From Candidatus Kaiserbacteria bacterium (GTDB lineage: Bacteria; Patescibacteriota; Minisyncoccia; Phycocordibacterales; UBA2100), in assembly GCA_028286865.1 (NCBI GenBank), contig JAQBQU010000006.1, positions 2,639-66,638 on the forward strand: a stretch of 64,000 nt of DNA, in the 5' to 3' direction. Numbering within the stretch: position 1 is the first letter of the stretch; every line of letters starts with the position of its first letter. The translations under genes and the position numbers were made by a program. The notes beneath the pieces were generated by a model that saw nothing but the letters and a program-made list of their open reading frames with translations, searched no databases and was not told where the DNA came from. Positions 52,080-59,949 of this stretch are shown in pieces.

Positions 52080-53681
52080 TTATACCTCCGGTACCTCCTT
52101 CTTCTTTTTTATCACCCAATACTCTTCGATCAGTCCCAGGTGCGCGAGGCGCGCCCGGATCGCTGAGGGCTTGCGACCGAAGTGCTTGCCGATATCTTTT
52201 TCATCGGCCTTGTCCGCGAACATGCGGCGTAAGACCGCATCATCTTCACCGTTCCAGGGGCGCCCCGCGTTGGGATATTTTTCGCGAAGTTTTGCGAGCG
52301 CGAGCCCGGTCTTCTTTGGCTCCATCTGAGCAGGCATTGCCGCTTTGCGAATATCTTCGGGCGTCGGCTCGCGGCCCCCTGCGGCCCGCACGAAATTCGC
52401 ATGGAGCGCCTTCACCTCTCCCGGTGCGATCGAATTGAATTTTCTTCGTGCGGCATCGGAAGCATCGCGCAGGTTGGAATCTTTCTCGATCACTGCAGGA
52501 TGCAGCTCGAGTGCGCGCCTGTTGAGCCCGGTGAGATACAAGCCTCCGAGCGTGCGTACGCGCGAGATGGCCACATATCCTTGTCCATATTCGAACGCGC
52601 GCGAGAGGTCCATGATCGCCGCATCAAGGCTCATGCCCTGGCTCTTGTGGACCGTGATCGCCCACGCGAGGCGCAGCGGCACCTGAGTGAGGCGCGCGAG
52701 GACTTTGTTGCCGTCCTGCATCGCCCACTCCGCGGGCTCGGCCTGGATGATGCGTCCGTCGAAGGTCCGTACGATGGGCGTCCCGTCGCCGGAGAACGCC
52801 TGCACGATCCCAAGGGTACCGTTGACGTATCCCGCTTCGAAATTATTGCGCGTGAACATGACCGCCGCCCCCTCTTTGAGTTCAAGGCGCTCGGGAGAGA
52901 GACAACTGCGCTTGAGCGATTCGACGAGCGCGGCCGAACCCTGGCTTTTCATCTCATAAGTGCGATGCGAGCCCTTGATCCCCGCCAATGATTCCTGATT
53001 CATACGGTCGACATCGGCATTGTGCGTGTAGAGGCGCGTCGGTGTGCCCTTCTTGGGCACCTGGTTCATGCGTCCGGTGAGCAGCTCTTCGTGCAGCGGT
53101 TCCACCTCTCCGCGACGGATCGCGCCGAGCACGCCCAAAAAATCATCATCGTCCTGGCGGTGTTGTTCGCCCAAGTAACACACGAGCGGATTCGCGGCGG
53201 CCCAAGATCTTGATTCGAACGCGAAGATACTCCCGCCCTCATTTGATATCGGCGGGAGCTGGAAGAAATCGCCGACGAATATCACCTGGAGCCCGCCGAA
53301 GGGATCCTGTCGCGAACGCACATTGCGCACGACGCGATCCACCATGTCGAGTGTCGTGGCATCGAGCATCGATATCTCGTCGATGATAAGGACCCGTGCG
53401 CTCGTCACGCGAGCCACGGTCTTCTCGCGCGTCATGATCGAATCGAGGTCCCATTCGCTCAGACTCCTTTTGATACCGATACCGCTCCACGAATGGATCG
53501 TCATGCCATTGACGTGTGTCGCGGCGATTCCGGTCGAGGCCGTGACCGAGGGCTGGATCCCGCGCTCGCGGAGCCACTTGATGTACTGATTGATCGTGTA
53601 TGTCTTCCCCGCTCCCGGTTCTCCGGTGAGGAACACATTGGCGCCAGTCTTCAATATCGTGAGCGCTTCTTCCTGGGTCAT
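52080..53681 (-). CDS. PIF1/RecD-like SF1B DNA helicase with a C-terminal HTH-like tail
   Basis: Walker A FLTGEPGAGKTY, LIIDEISML, FVGDFFQLPPI, TVHKSQGMSLD, VAISRVR. C-terminal RPWNGEDDAVLRRMF..IGKHFGRKPSAIRARLAHLGL. Confidence 0.85.
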   Translation of the reverse strand: MTQEEALTILKTGANVFLTGEPGAGKTYTINQYIKWLRERGIQPSVTASTGIAATHVNGMTIHSWSGIGIKRSLSEWDLDSIMTREKTVARVTSARVLIIDEISMLDATTLDMVDRVVRNVRSRQDPFGGLQVIFVGDFFQLPPISNEGGSIFAFESRSWAAANPLVCYLGEQHRQDDDDFLGVLGAIRRGEVEPLHEELLTGRMNQVPKKGTPTRLYTHNADVDRMNQESLAGIKGSHRTYEMKSQGSAALVESLKRSCLSPERLELKEGAAVMFTRNNFEAGYVNGTLGIVQAFSGDGTPIVRTFDGRIIQAEPAEWAMQDGNKVLARLTQVPLRLAWAITVHKSQGMSLDAAIMDLSRAFEYGQGYVAISRVRTLGGLYLTGLNRRALELHPAVIEKDSNLRDASDAARRKFNSIAPGEVKALHANFVRAAGGREPTPEDIRKAAMPAQMEPKKTGLALAKLREKYPNAGRPWNGEDDAVLRRMFADKADEKDIGKHFGRKPSAIRARLAHLGLIEEYWVIKKKKEVPEV

Positions 53682-53708
53682 AGCTTCATCATACCAAATC
53701 CGAATTGC

Positions 53709-54248
53709 TCAGAAGAAAACGAATGAAAGGTTCTTCAGCTCCTTGCGGACACTCTTGTGTTCGGGGATGGTGCGGCCCATAAGGTCCCAAAATCTTTTTG
53801 AATGATCGAAGGCACCGAGATGGCAGATCTCATGGGCCACGATCGCATCCTGCAGATGTATCGGCAGTGCCGCGATCTTGTAATTGAAAGAGAGATTACC
53901 GTTCTTGGAGCAGCTGCCCCAGCGCGTCTTCTGCGCGCGGATGGTGATCCTTTTGTGGCTGAATCCGTAGACAGAAGCGAAATACGCACAACGCGCTTCG
54001 GCGAGTACGAGCGCTTCGCGCTTGAGGCGCGGGATGTCGCCGCGACGGATGCGGATCACGGTGCGGCCCTGCATCTTGCGCAGCTGCGTCTCGATCCAAT
54101 CGCTTGAGCGCGCGACGAAGCGATCGACCGCGGCGAGCGAAGCGGTACCGAAGAAGCGTGGGACCGTCACCACGACCGCACCGCCGGGCACCACGCTCAG
54201 ACGCATCGATCGTGCACGGTCGCTTCTCTTGAGCGTATACGGGATCAT
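53709..54248 (-). CDS. YgjP-like metallopeptidase (DUF45, M48-related)
   Basis: RWGSCS..GNLSFNYK and VAHEICHLGAFDHSKRFW (HExxH). Confidence 0.85.
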   Translation of the reverse strand: MIPYTLKRSDRARSMRLSVVPGGAVVVTVPRFFGTASLAAVDRFVARSSDWIETQLRKMQGRTVIRIRRGDIPRLKREALVLAEARCAYFASVYGFSHKRITIRAQKTRWGSCSKNGNLSFNYKIAALPIHLQDAIVAHEICHLGAFDHSKRFWDLMGRTIPEHKSVRKELKNLSFVFF

Positions 54249-54316
54249 CAGTTCATCGTATCACCGCAACAAGAACAGGCCCCATATCGGGACTGTTCTT
54301 GCATAGGTGGTCGTGC

Positions 54317-55039
54317 TTACTGATTCGGACTCTCTCCGTCTGCCTGAGTGTCCGGTCCGTGACCGTGTCCACCCGGATGTCCGAGGTTGACCGCGCTGGC
54401 CGCGACATTCGTGCCTGTCACGGTGCCGTCAACAAAGACCTTATCCCCGACCTTGATGTCGGCGATCGTTCCCGCTGTTCCATTGTTGCTGAACGTGGCA
54501 TTCGCCGCATCTACCGTGTATACGGTACCGCCTTCATCGGCCTCTTCGGCCATCGTGATGGTCGTTCCCGAGATCGCGGTCACGTTGCCGTCTTGACCCA
54601 TCGGACGATGGCCGCCCGGCCCTTTACCCATTCCTCCGCGCGCCATGATCCCGTCGAGGATCTTGGTCGCCTGGATCGTTGTGCCCGTGACGGTACCTTC
54701 GACTGCTACCGTATCCCCGATGACCACGTCGGCGAGTGATGCGGCGGTCGGTGCGAGGCCCGCAGTACCCTTCTCGATCGTTGCCGATCCCGCGTCTACG
54801 GTGTACAGCGTCACCGTATTATCTTTTGGATTCGTGCTCGATACCGTGATCCTCGTACCCGAGATCGCGGTGACCTTACCGACCGCGGACGGACGGACAC
54901 GCGTCATTGCCCGTGCAGTGGCCGATGCTGTGCTAGTGGTCGCTGTCTGCGCGCTCGTGATCCCGGCGAAGCCGAGGCCCACCGATGCGATAACAGCAGC
55001 GACCGGGATGCCTATCTTCTTGAATGTCTCTTTGTTCAT
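54317..55039 (-). CDS. Secreted protein with two DUF5666-like repeats
   Basis: Signal peptide. Two copies of G.VTAISGT.IT....TVYTVDA..AT....G......DI.VGD.V.V.GTVTGT..., with a His/Gly-rich tail. Confidence 0.7.
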   Translation of the reverse strand: MNKETFKKIGIPVAAVIASVGLGFAGITSAQTATTSTASATARAMTRVRPSAVGKVTAISGTRITVSSTNPKDNTVTLYTVDAGSATIEKGTAGLAPTAASLADVVIGDTVAVEGTVTGTTIQATKILDGIMARGGMGKGPGGHRPMGQDGNVTAISGTTITMAEEADEGGTVYTVDAANATFSNNGTAGTIADIKVGDKVFVDGTVTGTNVAASAVNLGHPGGHGHGPDTQADGESPNQ

Positions 55040-55164
55040 ACGTTTTCTCTTCTACCTTTTAATGACCCGCGTATGATGCAGATCGTCATCTCCATCACTT
55101 TCTATTACAGCCATTACCGACCGAATATTCCGATTTCATCGGAACACCACACATATGAAAAAAC

Positions 55165-55179
55165 CGCAAGAATTTTGCG
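55165..55179 (-). terminator. Terminator of the PPIase transcript
   Basis: On the minus strand: CGCAA-aattc-TTGCG followed by GTTTTTT. Confidence 0.6.
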
Positions 55180-55314
55180 ATTTATTTCATATCCTGACAT
55201 TGGCAGAAGCGAGCGCGGCAGTTAACTTTTAAAGACCCCGCACCACGGCCTGGTGGCCTTTGGCATTTCCTCGCCAGCTCGGTCACAGCGCAAGGCCTGA
55301 GGGAGCGAGCGGTT

Positions 55315-55398
55315 ATAAGTTTTGCCGTGTTCGCAGCCGCGACGGCGGCGAGATTCAGCGCTGGCGCAGCAGCGCCAGATAGCGACGGCAAAACTTAT
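55315..55398 (+). repeat. Nested-hairpin element, copy D
   Basis: ATAAGTTTTGCCGT [gttCGCA GCCGC-gacg-GCGGC GAGATT cagcg CTGGCGC-AGCA-GCGCCAG atagcg] ACGGCAAAACTTAT. The 3' arm overlaps the PPIase stop codon at 55395-55397. Confidence 0.65.
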
Positions 55399-55874
55399 GA
55401 CCCGAGTGAGATACTCTCGATCGCAACAGTATCCGTCGGGCGATCGCCGAATCCGGTCGGGACATTCTCGATCGCGGTCACCACATCCATACCGGAGACC
55501 ACTTTTCCGAAGACCGTATGCTTGGGATCGAGGAAATTGTTGTCGGCAACGTTTATGAAGAATTGGCTTCCGTTGGTGTTCGGTCCCGAATTGGCCATCG
55601 AGATAGTCCCCGCATCATTGCGGTTGTTCGCGTGGATCTCATCGGCGAATTTGTAGCCCGGCCCGCCGGTGCCCCATCGATCGCTCAGCGTGTCGTCTTT
55701 GGTAAATGGGTCGCCGCCCTGGATCATGAAATCCTTGATGATGCGATGGAATTTCACATCGTCATAAAAGTCCTCCCCCGCGAGCTTCACGAAATTCGCG
55801 ACGGTGTTCGGTGCATCTTTTTCGAATAACTCGATAGTAATGTCGCCCTTGTTCGTATGTAGTGTTGCTTGCAT
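55395..55874 (-). CDS. ppiB: Peptidyl-prolyl cis-trans isomerase, cyclophilin type
   Basis: Start at the ATG at 55874 (MQATLHTNKGDITIELF). FHRIIKDFMIQGGDP, SMANSGPNTNGSQFFI. Confidence 0.93.
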   Translation of the reverse strand: MQATLHTNKGDITIELFEKDAPNTVANFVKLAGEDFYDDVKFHRIIKDFMIQGGDPFTKDDTLSDRWGTGGPGYKFADEIHANNRNDAGTISMANSGPNTNGSQFFINVADNNFLDPKHTVFGKVVSGMDVVTAIENVPTGFGDRPTDTVAIESISLGS

Positions 55875-55907
55875 CGCGGGATTATAACAAAGAAACAGCT
55901 CGAACAC

Positions 55908-56324
55908 CTACGTGGTGTTCGAGCATAAAAGTTGCAGCTGTAATGATGCGGTCGCAAACTCGACGCGCGCATACGCAAAGAGCTTTCGCTCCGTCTTATT
56001 CATCAGAGAATCGCCGAGGCGACGTGAATACGCTTGAAAGCTCAGGTAATCAACGGAGAAAAGCGCATAGAGCTCGCCGGATCGCTTCGGGTCGGGCTTG
56101 GCGAGGAGATATTCCATGGCGAGCTGCAGTATCGTCGCATAGTACGACACCGCGATCGGCCCCGCTTCGCGCATACCGGCACCGGAATCCGTGAGACCTT
56201 CCATTACGAGTTCCCAGGTGTCGGTGCGCCAGTGCTTGCCGACCCGAACACGAGACCGCGCCCAGCGCGCGGAATTCTCTATGAACCGCTGCTGACGGAG
56301 TTCGTTATTCTGTACATACCGCAT
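55908..56324 (-). CDS. Hypothetical protein (138 aa)
   Basis: ATG at 56324 preceded by GGGGGAG 6 nt upstream (MRYVQNNELRQQRF..). No family recognised. Confidence 0.5.
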   Translation of the reverse strand: MRYVQNNELRQQRFIENSARWARSRVRVGKHWRTDTWELVMEGLTDSGAGMREAGPIAVSYYATILQLAMEYLLAKPDPKRSGELYALFSVDYLSFQAYSRRLGDSLMNKTERKLFAYARVEFATASLQLQLLCSNTT

Positions 56325-56402
56325 TGGCACTCCCCCTAAGATCCCGAGCATGACCTTGCTGCGCCTACTCTACGCCGTATTTTACGCTCCGCAACAAAAG
56401 GA

Positions 56403-56427
56403 TACGGCGGCCAGAGTGGCCGCCGTA
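56403..56427 (-). terminator. Terminator after the NYN-domain gene
   Basis: TACGGCGGCC-agagt-GGCCGCCGTA. On the minus strand it is followed by TCCTTTTGTTG. Confidence 0.7.
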
Positions 56428-56437
56428 GGTCGTGCAA

Positions 56438-57139
56438 TTATCGTATGGCCTTGATCGTGAATCCCTTGAAACTCGTCTTGATCCGCTGGAGCTCGGACAT
56501 CAGCCGCCGATGCTCCATCGGATCGGTGCTGTTGAGCGTTACCGAGATCTCGGTGATCGAATCGGATATGGCGATGCAGGGCGCACAGGGTCTTTGGCCA
56601 AGTCCGCGCATAAACGTGAGACGCTGCTTGAACGGCGCAAGATCGGTGAAATGGAATTCACCGGATGCGAACATCTGAAGCGTATCTTCGGACAAGCTGT
56701 GACGCGTGAGCCCCGGATCGGGCTGCTTCGTCGAGACCCAATGAATCCTGACGCCTTGGCTTTTCTTGGCACGCAAGACCGGGACAAAGTCCTTGTCCGA
56801 CGTGAACAGAACGATCTCGCTTACGAGCCCCGGATCAAGCGCATTGATCCGATCTTTGAGATACATGTCATCCGCCTGGCCGAGACTGGCGACGGATACG
56901 ATCTCGAATCCGGCGCCTGCGAGCTGTTTCGCAAGCGCATTCCCGCCGTTGATCCGCTCAGGATGTGCGGTCATTACCGGTGCAAAAGCGAGCGTGCGGC
57001 TTTGACCGATCTCGTTCACCAGAACACGGTAGAGCTCTCCGAAATTGACCATCGGGATGCCCAATGCTCGTTTCGTCATATTCGCGGACGGACCGTCCAC
57101 GAATATCGCCTTTCGGCCTCCTGCTGCTTGCTCCAACAC
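56438..57139 (-). CDS. NYN (LabA-like, PIN-related) domain protein with an unassigned C-terminal domain
   Basis: GTG start with GAGGGGG upstream. KAIFVDGPSANM.., ..EIVLFTSDKDFVPVLR (the NYN acidic-residue pattern), plus about 70 extra C-terminal residues. Confidence 0.7.
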   Translation of the reverse strand: MLEQAAGGRKAIFVDGPSANMTKRALGIPMVNFGELYRVLVNEIGQSRTLAFAPVMTAHPERINGGNALAKQLAGAGFEIVSVASLGQADDMYLKDRINALDPGLVSEIVLFTSDKDFVPVLRAKKSQGVRIHWVSTKQPDPGLTRHSLSEDTLQMFASGEFHFTDLAPFKQRLTFMRGLGQRPCAPCIAISDSITEISVTLNSTDPMEHRRLMSELQRIKTSFKGFTIKAIR

Positions 57140-57299
57140 ATCAACCCCCTCAGCTGTGTGAAAATGAACGCGGCTATGTACTTAAGTAACTCTACACCCG
57201 CTTCATGAGGGACAAGGCGGCTCTGTGGACAGTGCAGGGGCAATGCAGTATCGTGCTTCGCAGCTTGCACACAGGTGCAGCGTCAACCCGGAGGATCGC

Positions 57300-57797
57300 A
57301 TGCGCAGAAAGCATTTCGACCAAGTACTGCCCCATCAATTCGTTCTGGGGCAGATCGCCTCGGTCCTTGCCGTGGATTATCCGCGGGTCCCGTGTGTTCG
57401 CGAACGCGCCGTTCGTGTCGCGAACATGATCCGCCTGATGAAGCTCGACCAAGAACACCGTCCCGACGTGCTCGAGAGCTTCGAGCTCATGATCGCCCAC
57501 ATCGGTGGCGTCAAGAACGACAAGCTCCTTTCCACGGGTCAACGCGGCGAGTTCTATGCGGCACTCGATGCGCTCAAGAAGGTCGACCCGCCGACGCCGA
57601 TCGGTGCGCTTACTCCGGCACCCGAGCACGAGGTCACGCCGATCAACGACATGCACACAAATGCCGGCAATGACGCGTTCGACTCGGGGCGACCGCAAGC
57701 TCCTGCGCCCGTCCCGCCCGCGGATGTCGATCAAGCAGTGTTCGCGCCGCCGATGCCGCATGAACCGGCTCACCAAGAGCCCCATGCTGCGGAATAG
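57300..57797 (+). CDS. Hypothetical protein with a Pro-rich C-terminus (165 aa)
   Basis: ATG at 57300 with GGAGGA 6 nt upstream, followed by terminator T1. The competing antisense ORF 57192-57824 is Arg-rich. No family recognised. Confidence 0.45.
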   Translation: MRRKHFDQVLPHQFVLGQIASVLAVDYPRVPCVRERAVRVANMIRLMKLDQEHRPDVLESFELMIAHIGGVKNDKLLSTGQRGEFYAALDALKKVDPPTPIGALTPAPEHEVTPINDMHTNAGNDAFDSGRPQAPAPVPPADVDQAVFAPPMPHEPAHQEPHAAE

Positions 57798-57818
57798 CTG
57801 ATCGTTCGCACACGTTTG

Positions 57819-57856
57819 AAGCAAAATGGCCGGGAAAATCCCCGGCCATTTTTTAT
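57819..57856 (+). terminator. Terminator T1 (member of a duplicated pair)
   Basis: AAGCAAAATGGCCGGG-aaaatc-CCCGGCCATTTTTTAT. Confidence 0.8.
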
Positions 57857-57879
57857 AGTTTTTTGCGCTTTACTTCGAA

Positions 57880-57908
57880 TTGACACACTGCTGATTTTAT
57901 TCTATAAA
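57880..57908 (+). promoter_or_regulatory. Promoter of the TrxR-like gene
   Basis: TTGACA (57880-57885), 17 nt, TATAAA (57903-57908). GAGAGGAG SD lies 7-8 nt before the ATG at 57953. Confidence 0.6.
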
Positions 57909-57952
57909 GTAGGCAGTAATTCGTTCACCAGCTCATCGAGAGGAGCAACACG

Positions 57953-58966
57953 ATGACTACCCAAGCGAATGCCGTCGAACAGATCTTCGACTGCGCCGTC
58001 GTCGGCGCAGGGGTCTCCGGACTCAATTGTTCGATGAATCTGCGCTTCGAGAACAAGACGACCATTCTTGCCGATACCGGACAACATCCGGGCGGACAAG
58101 CAGGCTCGAGCAGTCTGATCCGTAATATGCCGGGCTTCCCCGGCGGGATCTCCGGTCCGGACCTTACCGTGCTCATGACGCGGCACGCGGCGGAATTCGG
58201 TACGACCTTCCGTGCTCCGTTCTATGCGGGCCGGCTCGAACGCGCCGATGATCACTTTGTGCTGATCGAAATGAACGGCCAGACGATCCGTGCGAAGACC
58301 GTTGTCATCGCGACCGGCGTCCAACCGCGGACACTTCCCGATGCGACCAAGGCCGGTCAGTTCATCGGGTTCGGCGTCACCTACGGATTCCCGAGCCTGA
58401 ATCAAAGCCGCTGGCACGACACCGAAGCCGTCGTGATGGGGTCCGGCAACAGCGGAGCACAAGCCGTCCAATTCCTTGCGGGATGCAATGGCTGCAATGT
58501 CACTATGTTGGTGCGCCGCGACACGATCCGCGACAGTATGTCGGCGCGTGTCGCCGACGAGATCGAGAAGCCGCGCAGCAACGTCAAGCTGTTGTACAAC
58601 ACCGAGCTCGTCGAAGCCATCGGCGAGGTCGGTAAGCTGACGCACCTGAAGGTGAAGACGCCCAGCGGCGAACAGTTGATCAAGACCGATCACCTGTTCG
58701 TGAACATCGGCGGCGATCCGCCGACACGCTGGCTCGACAAGGATCTCGTTCCGGTGAACAACGCGGGCTACATCCTCACCGATCGTGATCTGCCTGAAGG
58801 CGTCTGGGCCGACAAAAGTCGTCCCGCCTTCATGTGTGAAGCGTCGCCCGGGATCTTCGCCTGCGGCGATGTGCGCTTCGGCAACTTCCGCAAGCGTGCA
58901 TCGATGAGCGCCGTTGACGGAGCCAATGCTGCGGCGAGCGTCGTGCAGTACCTCGCGCTGAAATAG
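57953..58966 (+). CDS. TrxR-like FAD/NAD(P)H oxidoreductase lacking the CxxC redox centre
   Basis: FDCAVVGAGVSGL FAD motif, VVMGSGNSGAQAV NAD(P)H motif, and C-terminal GIFACGDV. Where TrxB has CA(T/S)CDG, this protein reads GVTYGFPSLNQ. Confidence 0.8.
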   Translation: MTTQANAVEQIFDCAVVGAGVSGLNCSMNLRFENKTTILADTGQHPGGQAGSSSLIRNMPGFPGGISGPDLTVLMTRHAAEFGTTFRAPFYAGRLERADDHFVLIEMNGQTIRAKTVVIATGVQPRTLPDATKAGQFIGFGVTYGFPSLNQSRWHDTEAVVMGSGNSGAQAVQFLAGCNGCNVTMLVRRDTIRDSMSARVADEIEKPRSNVKLLYNTELVEAIGEVGKLTHLKVKTPSGEQLIKTDHLFVNIGGDPPTRWLDKDLVPVNNAGYILTDRDLPEGVWADKSRPAFMCEASPGIFACGDVRFGNFRKRASMSAVDGANAAASVVQYLALK

Positions 58967-58983
58967 TTCTCTGCACGAAACAA

Positions 58984-59019
58984 AAGCAAAATGGCCGGGA
59001 TTTTCCCGGCCATTTTTAT
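58984..59019. terminator. Terminator T2, near-identical copy of T1
   Basis: AAGCAAAATGGCCGGG-atttt-CCCGGCCATTTTTAT. Lies between the TrxR-like gene (+) and arsR (-). Confidence 0.8.
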
Positions 59020-59031
59020 TTATTCTGCGAA

Positions 59032-59313
59032 TTAAAGTAACGTGATGATGGAGTGAGCGGGAGCGGGCAGGTTCTTGCTGAGTGTATAGAACATCTGCAC
59101 ATTGCGCTGCTCACGCTCCACAAGCCCGGCTGCATTCAAGATCGCCAGATGTTTCGACGTCGCCTTGAACGAAAGTTTGATCGCATGCGCAATATCGCCG
59201 ACCGCCGACTCTTTGGCTTTCTTGAGGTGCCGAAGAATCCCCAAGCGCCGCTTGTTGGCACACGCCTTGAGCACACGCTCGAGACCGCCCAGATCCCGCT
59301 CCCCGTTCGTCAT
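59032..59313 (-). CDS. ArsR/SmtB family transcriptional regulator
   Basis: ANKRRLGILRHLKKAKESAVGDIAHAIKLSFKATSKHLAILNAAGLVEREQRN winged-HTH pattern. 93 aa. Confidence 0.85.
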   Translation of the reverse strand: MTNGERDLGGLERVLKACANKRRLGILRHLKKAKESAVGDIAHAIKLSFKATSKHLAILNAAGLVEREQRNVQMFYTLSKNLPAPAHSIITLL

Positions 59314-59325
59314 TCCCTTATTCTA

Positions 59326-59352
59326 CCATTCGCGCGAATTAGAGAAGAGAGG
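59326..59352. promoter_or_regulatory. 27-nt repeat copy 1 containing the 12-bp palindrome ATTCGCGCGAAT (candidate ArsR operator)
   Basis: ccATTCGCGCGAATtagagaagagagg begins 13 nt upstream of the arsR start codon. It is identical to 59470-59496. Confidence 0.5.
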
Positions 59353-59421
59353 GTTGTGGAAACAGAGTCGGTGATAATTATGCTTTCAGAGACGCATATA
59401 CCTACCTACCCTATCTTCTTT

Positions 59422-59440
59422 CCCCCCCCCCCTTTTTTTT
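59422..59440. repeat. Homopolymer tract C11T8
   Basis: tttCCCCCCCCCCCTTTTTTTTgc, read directly. Lies between the two operator-like repeats. Confidence 0.9.
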
Positions 59441-59469
59441 GCTTGATGGAATACCGGGTTGTTATTCGC

Positions 59470-59526
59470 CCATTCGCGCGAATTAGAGAAGAGAGGAGGG
59501 GGTGGAGGGGGGGGTGGGAATGGGGG
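59470..59526. repeat. 27-nt repeat copy 2 followed by a G-rich tract
   Basis: An identical 27-mer at 59470-59496, then GGGGGTGGAGGGGGGGGTGGGAATGGGGG at 59498-59526 (four or more G-runs). Confidence 0.85.
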
Positions 59527-59531
59527 TTGTG

Positions 59532-59903
59532 TTATTTCTCCTTCGAAGGATCGAACCAGACGGCTTCGATATTATTCTTATCGGCGTCGAGGATGAATGC
59601 GGCGTAGTAGCCGGGGCTGTAGTCGGTACGGTATCCCGGAGCACCGTTGTCGGTGCCTCCGGCACTGATAGCCACACTGTAGAACGTATCTACCGCTTCT
59701 TTGCTCTCAGCGCGGAACGCCACATGTATCCCCTTCGGGCTTGCGTCTTTGCCTATCCAAAAGCTCGTGTGGCCGCCTTCCATGAATCCGGCGGCGTCAC
59801 CCATATCCATGTTCATCTTGTAGCCCAAGGTCCCGAGGACTTTCTGATAAAACTCCTTGGCCGAATCAACATCCTTCACTTGCACGCCCGTATGTTCGAT
59901 CAT
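59532..59903 (-). CDS. VOC/glyoxalase family protein
   Basis: MIEHTGVQVKDVDSAKEFYQKVLGTLGY.. and ..YYAAFILDADKNNIEAV are the typical paired beta-alpha-beta-beta-beta modules. Confidence 0.8.
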   Translation of the reverse strand: MIEHTGVQVKDVDSAKEFYQKVLGTLGYKMNMDMGDAAGFMEGGHTSFWIGKDASPKGIHVAFRAESKEAVDTFYSVAISAGGTDNGAPGYRTDYSPGYYAAFILDADKNNIEAVWFDPSKEK

Positions 59904-59949
59904 ATGTGTCCTATTTTACCCCATCCTCTCAGTCAGATTCAATGAAGAG

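Noticed and set aside
55196-55400. Considered SRP RNA, RNase P RNA or tmRNA in the long PPIase/DUF5666 spacer
   Set aside because: There is no GGAA-tetraloop/AGCA domain IV arrangement, no GAGGAAAGUCC P4 motif, and no tRNA-like end with a tag ORF. The AGCA motif here belongs to the repeated element, which has four copies.
57192-57824. 210-aa minus-strand ORF overlapping the 57300-57797 gene
   Set aside because: It is very Arg-rich, has no SD, and would run through terminator T1. The plus-strand ORF has GGAGGA at the right spacing and ends before T1. The choice remains uncertain.
57902-58693. 263-aa ORF antisense to the TrxR-like gene
   Set aside because: The plus-strand gene has clear FAD and NAD(P)H motifs, a promoter and an SD. 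The antisense frame shows no motifs.
59326-59496. Considered a CRISPR-like array because of the exact 27-nt direct repeat
   Set aside because: There are only two copies, 144 nt apart. The repeat contains a regulator-type palindrome next to arsR, and no cas genes are present. No CRISPR array is visible anywhere in the window.
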